64,000 nt of DNA from contig JAQVNZ010000001.1 of the NCBI GenBank assembly GCA_028702895.1, positions 36,235 to 100,234 on the forward strand, written 5' to 3'. Positions within the stretch are counted from its first letter, which is position 1, and each line of letters opens with the position of its first letter. The DNA comes from Candidatus Iainarchaeum sp. (GTDB taxonomy: Archaea > Iainarchaeota > Iainarchaeia > Iainarchaeales > JAAZKV01). The position numbers were made by a program, and so were the translations under genes. The notes under the pieces are model-generated. The model was not told the DNA's origin and did no database searches. It saw only the letters and a list, made by a program, of their open reading frames with translations. This document shows, piece after piece, positions 59,626 through 64,000 of the stretch.

Positions 59626-62013
59626 ATGAATTTTGCTGAAATTATCCTTCAAGTACAAGATCCTGACCCAACACACGTTGGAAGAAATATTGTTACCCTT
59701 GATAAACAAACAAAAACTATTCTCAATATTACTTCTGGTGATATTATTGAAATAGAAGGTGTCAAAAAAACAGCTGCTATTGTTTGGCCTGCAAGATTAG
59801 AGGATGAGGGTAAAGAAATTATTAGGATGGACTCTTTTATACGTCATAATGCGGGTGTTGGTTTAGGGGAACGCGTAAAAATTAGAAAAAGTATTCCAAA
59901 AGAAGCTAAAAAAGTTATTTTGGCTCCAATTGAAGAAGTAAGAATAATTGCAACTGGTTATGAAAGAATTTTAAAAAAATCTTTTTTAGGTAGGCCCTTA
60001 ACAATTGGTGATAATGTTTGGGTGAGTGTTTTTGGATCTGGTTTTATTTATCGTGTTGTTGATACTATTCCTAGATCAATAGTAAAAGTTACTGACGCAA
60101 CACAATTTGCCTTAAAAGAAAAACCTGTTGCTGATGCGCTTGAAGGAATATCTAGAGTTGCTTATGAGGATATTGGGGGGTTAAGTGAACAGGTTAGAAA
60201 AGTTAGGGAAATGGTTGAATTACCAATGAAGCGCCCAGAAATATTTCAAAAATTAGGTGTAGTTCCTCCAAAAGGAATTTTAATGCATGGCCCTCCAGGC
60301 ACTGGGAAAACTCTTTTAGCAAAAGCAGTTGCTAATGAAGCGCAAGTTCATTTTATTTCTGTTTCAGCTCCTGAAGTAATGGGGAAATTTGTTGGAGAAG
60401 CAGAAGAACGAGTTCGAAAAATTTTCAAAGAAGCAGAAGAAAACGCGCCAAGTATTATTTTTATAGATGAAATAGATGCAATTGCATCAAAAAGAGATGA
60501 TGCGGTTGGAGAGGTTGAAAGAAGAGTTGTAGCACAATTACTCTCATTAATGGATGGTCTTTCGTCTAGGGGAGACGTAATAGTAATGGCTGCAACAAAT
60601 AGAGTTAATTCGATTGATGAAGCATTAAGAAGACCGGGTAGATTTGATAGGGAGATTGAATTTGGGATTCCTGATAAAAAAGCTAGAAAACAAATACTTG
60701 GAATTCATACTAGGGGTATGCCACTTGCAAAAAAATATTTTGTAATGAAAAATGATAATATTGAATTAGAAAAAAATATTCTTTTTAAAAGAATTTTTGA
60801 AATAGTAAAAAACAATAAAGATTCTGATATTGTAGAAATAATAGAAAATTATAATAAAAATTTTAATGATAAGAAAAAAATATATTTTTTTGTTGAAGTG
60901 TTAAGAGATATGTGTGAAAAAAAATTGTTGAGAAAAGAAGAATTTGATTTAGATTATTTTGCGGATATGACTCATGGTTTTGTTGGAGCAGATTTACAAG
61001 CATTAACAAAAGAAGCAGCAATGAAATCTTTGAGAAGATATTTGCCTGAAATTGAAAAAATAGAAGAAAGTCAACCAATCCCAGTTGAAATATTAGAATC
61101 TTTAAAAATAACTAAAAAAGATTTTCTTGGCGGATTAAAAGATGTTCAACCATCTGCGTTAAGAGAAATTTCTATAGAAGTGCCAACAGTAAAATGGGAT
61201 GCGGTGGGAGCATTAGAAGAAATAAAAGAAGAATTAAAACAAGCTATTGAATGGCCTCTAAAAAACCCAATTGTTTTTAGTGAAATGGGTATACGTCCTC
61301 CAAAAGGAGTTTTATTATATGGTCCTCCAGGTACTGGAAAAACTCTTTTAGCAAAAGCAATTGCAACTGAAAGTGAAGCAAATTTTATTTCAATTAAAGG
61401 CCCTGAATTATTAAGTATGTGGTCTGGTGAAAGTGAAAAAGGTATTAGAAAAATTTTTAGAAGAGCAAGACAAGTTGCGCCTTGTATAATTTTTTTTGAT
61501 GAAATAGATGCTATTGCTTCAAAAAGAGGACGCGATTCTAGTAGTAATGTTACTGAAAGAATGGTTAACCAATTATTAACTGAACTTGATGGGGTAGAAT
61601 CGCTTATTGATATTGTTTTTATTGCTGCAACAAATAGGCCTGATTTAATTGATCCGGCATTACTAAGACCAGGTAGAATAGATAAATTAATTAGAATTCC
61701 AGCTCCTGATGAAAAAGCTCGTGAAAAAATAATTGAAGTTCATACAAAGAATGTTATGCTTGCAAAAAATGTTTCAATAAAAGAATTAGCAAAATTAACA
61801 CCTGGATTTTCAGGTGCAGATTTAGAGGGATTAGTAAGAGAAGCTGCATTATTAGTTTTAAAAGAAAATAAAATGAAATCTGGTGAAATAAAAATGTCTC
61901 ACTTTGAACAAATATTAAAAAAAGTGCATCCTACAATTGATGTGGAATCAGAAAAGGCTTATGATGAATTCAAAGATAAAGCACTTGATTTTAGACCAAA
62001 TTATGTTGGGTGA
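59626..62013 (+). CDS. cdc48: Cdc48/VCP/VAT-type AAA+ ATPase (N domain + D1 + D2)
   Basis: It has two full AAA modules ([20 protein letters not shown]...IIFIDEIDA; [20 protein letters not shown]...IIFFDEIDA) and a VAT-N-like N-terminus (L.V......VGRNIV.LD). I chose the ATG at 59626; the track starts at GTG 59614. An insertion of about 70 aa lies in the D1 lid (nt about 60730-60945). Confidence 0.9.
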   Translation: MNFAEIILQVQDPDPTHVGRNIVTLDKQTKTILNITSGDIIEIEGVKKTAAIVWPARLEDEGKEIIRMDSFIRHNAGVGLGERVKIRKSIPKEAKKVILAPIEEVRIIATGYERILKKSFLGRPLTIGDNVWVSVFGSGFIYRVVDTIPRSIVKVTDATQFALKEKPVADALEGISRVAYEDIGGLSEQVRKVREMVELPMKRPEIFQKLGVVPPKGILMHGPPGTGKTLLAKAVANEAQVHFISVSAPEVMGKFVGEAEERVRKIFKEAEENAPSIIFIDEIDAIASKRDDAVGEVERRVVAQLLSLMDGLSSRGDVIVMAATNRVNSIDEALRRPGRFDREIEFGIPDKKARKQILGIHTRGMPLAKKYFVMKNDNIELEKNILFKRIFEIVKNNKDSDIVEIIENYNKNFNDKKKIYFFVEVLRDMCEKKLLRKEEFDLDYFADMTHGFVGADLQALTKEAAMKSLRRYLPEIEKIEESQPIPVEILESLKITKKDFLGGLKDVQPSALREISIEVPTVKWDAVGALEEIKEELKQAIEWPLKNPIVFSEMGIRPPKGVLLYGPPGTGKTLLAKAIATESEANFISIKGPELLSMWSGESEKGIRKIFRRARQVAPCIIFFDEIDAIASKRGRDSSSNVTERMVNQLLTELDGVESLIDIVFIAATNRPDLIDPALLRPGRIDKLIRIPAPDEKAREKIIEVHTKNVMLAKNVSIKELAKLTPGFSGADLEGLVREAALLVLKENKMKSGEIKMSHFEQILKKVHPTIDVESEKAYDEFKDKALDFRPNYVG

Positions 62014-62094
62014 TAATCTAATAATTTTTTTTTAATTTTAAAAAACCAATCTAATTTTTTTAAAGAATCAATCTAATTTTTTTAAAAAATAAAT

Positions 62095-62829
62095 TTATAT
62101 AAAAAAACCAAAAAACAATCCCGGAACTAAAGTTGCTATTAAAGGAATAGTTATTGCTAGTGCCCATGCTAATGGATTCCATGCTAAAACTTTTTTCCCA
62201 TCAAGGACCCAAATTGGCATTAAATTAAATAATGCGAAAAAGAAATTTATTCTCGCGCAAGAAATTAGTATTGTTATAAATAATGCGTTTGGAGTAAACA
62301 TTGCAAGTATAGTTAAAAATACGCCTAAAACAATGTTTGTTATTGGTCCGGCAATAGAAATTATTCCATCTTGTCTTCGTGTGACATTTCTACCAAAAAA
62401 ATATGTTGCGCCTGGCGCAGCTAAAATCCAGCCTGTTAAAACGGCCATTATTACTGCTATTGCTAGCATTGGGTACCATGCGCGATATTCTGAAACAAAA
62501 CCAAAATGTCGTGCTGCTTGTCTGTGTGCTAATTCATGAAAAACAAAACCAGTCCCAACGGCGATTAATGCTATGGGAAATGCTATTAGTGGACTTAAAA
62601 AATTTGTGCTTCCTGAAATTGCACTAATTAAATCAAAATTTATTAATACTAATGAAAAAGCAATGCTTAAAGTTAGCCAAGAAATTATTAAATCAATTTT
62701 TTCTTGTTTTGAGAATTCCCAAAAATTCTTTTTTATTTTTTTTCCAACTTTAATATAACTATTTGTTGTATCGTCCCAAATTTCTTCTTCATTCATTATA
62801 ACTTTTTTTTCCAATACTCTTTTATTCAT
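62095..62829 (-). CDS. M50-family (site-2 protease-like) membrane metalloprotease
   Basis: It has an HExxH in a TM context (FVFHELAHRQAARHFG), multiple TM segments and a second conserved NL.P...LDG motif (FNLMPIWVLDGKK). Confidence 0.75.
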   Translation of the reverse strand: MNKRVLEKKVIMNEEEIWDDTTNSYIKVGKKIKKNFWEFSKQEKIDLIISWLTLSIAFSLVLINFDLISAISGSTNFLSPLIAFPIALIAVGTGFVFHELAHRQAARHFGFVSEYRAWYPMLAIAVIMAVLTGWILAAPGATYFFGRNVTRRQDGIISIAGPITNIVLGVFLTILAMFTPNALFITILISCARINFFFALFNLMPIWVLDGKKVLAWNPLAWALAITIPLIATLVPGLFFGFFI

Positions 62830-62917
62830 TAGTTTTTACAAAAATTTTATTTATTTATTTCGACATTTAACGAATTCGAGTAATTGTTTTTTAAATACAA
62901 ATTTTTTAGTATAATTT

Positions 62918-63097
62918 ATGAGTAATGTTTTATTAGAAGAAAAAGCACAAATTTCAGTAGAACTAATAATTGTCCTTGCGGCGGTTGTTGCAGTAGTTTT
63001 AGTTCTTGTAAGTCAGTTACAAGCAACATCTTCACAAGGAGCCCAAAAATTAGAAAAAACTGCTGGTGACGTGTTCAAAAAAATTGATGATATATGA
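62918..63097 (+). CDS. Mini-pilin (59 aa) with a class III signal (second pilin cluster)
   Basis: The hand-translated sequence is MSNVLLEEKAQISVELIIVLAAVVAVVLVLVSQLQATSSQGAQKLEKTAGDVFKKIDDI. It has the same AQ....E(Y/L)(L/I) design as the mini-pilins at 38469 and 39841. It forms an ATGA overlap with the next gene. Confidence 0.6.
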   Translation: MSNVLLEEKAQISVELIIVLAAVVAVVLVLVSQLQATSSQGAQKLEKTAGDVFKKIDDI

Positions 63098-63507
63098 ATT
63101 CAATTATGTGTACTAAGAAAAAAGGGCAAGTTTCGTTAGAATACTTGATTTTAATTGCTGCTTTTTTCTCAGCTTTATTAATAATAATTCCAACAATAAA
63201 TCTCATTGTAAATGATTTTTTGATAATGAATGATTCTTTATTATTAAAACAAATTTCTGAAAAAATTTCTGAACAAGATAAATTATTTGTTTTTTTAGGA
63301 GATGGATCTAGAAAAGAATTTGAATTTTTTTCAACAAAAGAAATTTTATTAAAAACAAGTGGAAAAAATTTTATTTTATCAAATTCAAAAACGAATCTTT
63401 CTGTTCTATTGTATTCTAATCAAATCACGAATGAAAAAAATTTCGATTCTAAATTTAAAATAATAATTGAAAAAATTAATGGTGAAACAAAAATATTATT
63501 TGAATGA
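63094..63507 (+). CDS. Pilin-like protein with a KGQ class III signal
   Basis: It begins MNSIMCTKKKGQVSLEYLILIAAFFSALLIIIP. Confidence 0.55.
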   Translation: MNSIMCTKKKGQVSLEYLILIAAFFSALLIIIPTINLIVNDFLIMNDSLLLKQISEKISEQDKLFVFLGDGSRKEFEFFSTKEILLKTSGKNFILSNSKTNLSVLLYSNQITNEKNFDSKFKIIIEKINGETKILFE

Positions 63508-63513
63508 ATTAAG

Positions 63514-63876
63514 TTAACAATTAGTATAAACAATAATTCGAATTTTTCTTTCAATCAATTTTTCGTCTAATAATATTGTTTCGCTTGAAATGGCATTTTT
63601 ATTGCATTCTTTTCCTATTAATATTTTTTTATTATCTATTTGTATTTGAAAATTATCAAAAAATAATTTTGCGTCTTGTATCATTTCATTTTCATTTATT
63701 GAATTTTTACTCCAGACTCTTAGTAAATCATTTTCTTGTTGAATGATTATTAAATCGCTAAATGATTCTTGTTTTGGAAATGAAATACTAAGTAATACTA
63801 TTGAAAACATTAATATTGCAATTATTGCTTCTAAAGAAATTAAAAAACCTTTTTGAGAATTAGTTTTATTATTCAA
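63514..63876 (-). CDS. Pilin-like protein (class III signal-like; TTG start)
   Basis: It begins ..NNKTNSQKGFLISLEAIIAILMFSIVLLSIS. The TTG start is preceded by GGGTG. Confidence 0.5.
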   Translation of the reverse strand: MNNKTNSQKGFLISLEAIIAILMFSIVLLSISFPKQESFSDLIIIQQENDLLRVWSKNSINENEMIQDAKLFFDNFQIQIDNKKILIGKECNKNAISSETILLDEKLIERKIRIIVYTNC

Positions 63877-64000
63877 CTAAACACCCTGTAAAAATAATGA
63901 TATTTTTAATATTGTCTAATAAAATAAATCGTTTAATTGAAATACAATTTTTTGAATTTTGTTCTTCAAAATAAATAATTTTTGAATCAAAATTATTTTT
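63869..64000 (-). CDS. Partial CDS (3' end only) running off the window, overlapping the next gene by 8 nt
   Basis: The hand-translated reading frame (...KNNFDSKIIYFEEQNSKNCISIKRFILLDNIKNIIIFTGCLVE*) is open from the window edge. The 8-nt overlap mirrors the coupling seen in the 31359-32863 pilin-like genes. Confidence 0.3.
   Translation of the reverse strand, partial: KNNFDSKIIYFEEQNSKNCISIKRFILLDNIKNIIIFTGCLVE

Noticed and set aside
1-64000. A prophage, integrative element or genomic island signature around the pilus locus.
   Set aside because: No integrase, transposase, terminal inverted or direct repeats, or tRNA-flanked att-like duplication was seen. The flanking genes (ABCE1, ThrRS) are core housekeeping genes, and composition is not obviously different by eye.

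Overview
This window reads as a strongly AT-rich, gene-dense archaeal chromosome segment. The proteome is K/N/I-rich, genes are short and tightly packed, and many start/stop codons overlap (ATGA, TAATG). This looks like a small-genome DPANN-type archaeon, but that placement is inference. All calls come from reading the supplied translations and the DNA by eye; no searches were run.

Most of the window is information-processing housekeeping:
- Ribosome and translation: the S19e-L39e-L31e cluster, S17e, aEF-1beta with its Zn-ribbon partner, Pth2, Pelota, ABCE1, ThrRS and ProRS.
- RNA processing and modification: RNase P Rpp21, RpoK, CCA-adding enzyme, Elp3, Taw3 and a MiaB-like enzyme.
- Replication and repair: DnaG, Hjc, RFC small subunit, type IA topoisomerase, NurA/HerA, Rad50 and NreA.
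- Other: Cdc48 and a NifS/NifU operon.

Four tRNA genes are present. Three of them carry bulge-helix-bulge introns of about 17, 72 and 90 nt.

The main accessory element is a co-directional locus of about 12.3 kb and 20 genes on the minus strand (31359-43647). It encodes an Epd/Tad-like archaeal type IV pilus:
- a PilB/FlaI-type ATPase and two single-domain T2SS-F platform proteins;
- five short class-III-signal pilins, three of them with divergent Cys-rich heads;
- an A24 prepilin peptidase and five larger pilin-like proteins;
- a 638-aa pilin-anchored protein combining a Kazal-like domain with 13 tandem 24-aa DUF285/BspA-like repeats;
- an embedded block of a TM-OB protein, a TctA/DUF112-like membrane protein and a JAMM protease.

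The other items most worth a second look:
- a 493-aa ORF after NurA-HAD-HerA that looks like a miniaturised, catalytically dead family-B DNA polymerase;
- an NrdD-like ATP-cone protein with no visible glycyl-radical motif;
- an NFACT-R-only protein next to Cdc48;
- a second, partial pilin cluster at the right edge, plus an orphan pilus ATPase at 22983-24509.

No CRISPR array, rRNA, integrase or transposase was seen.
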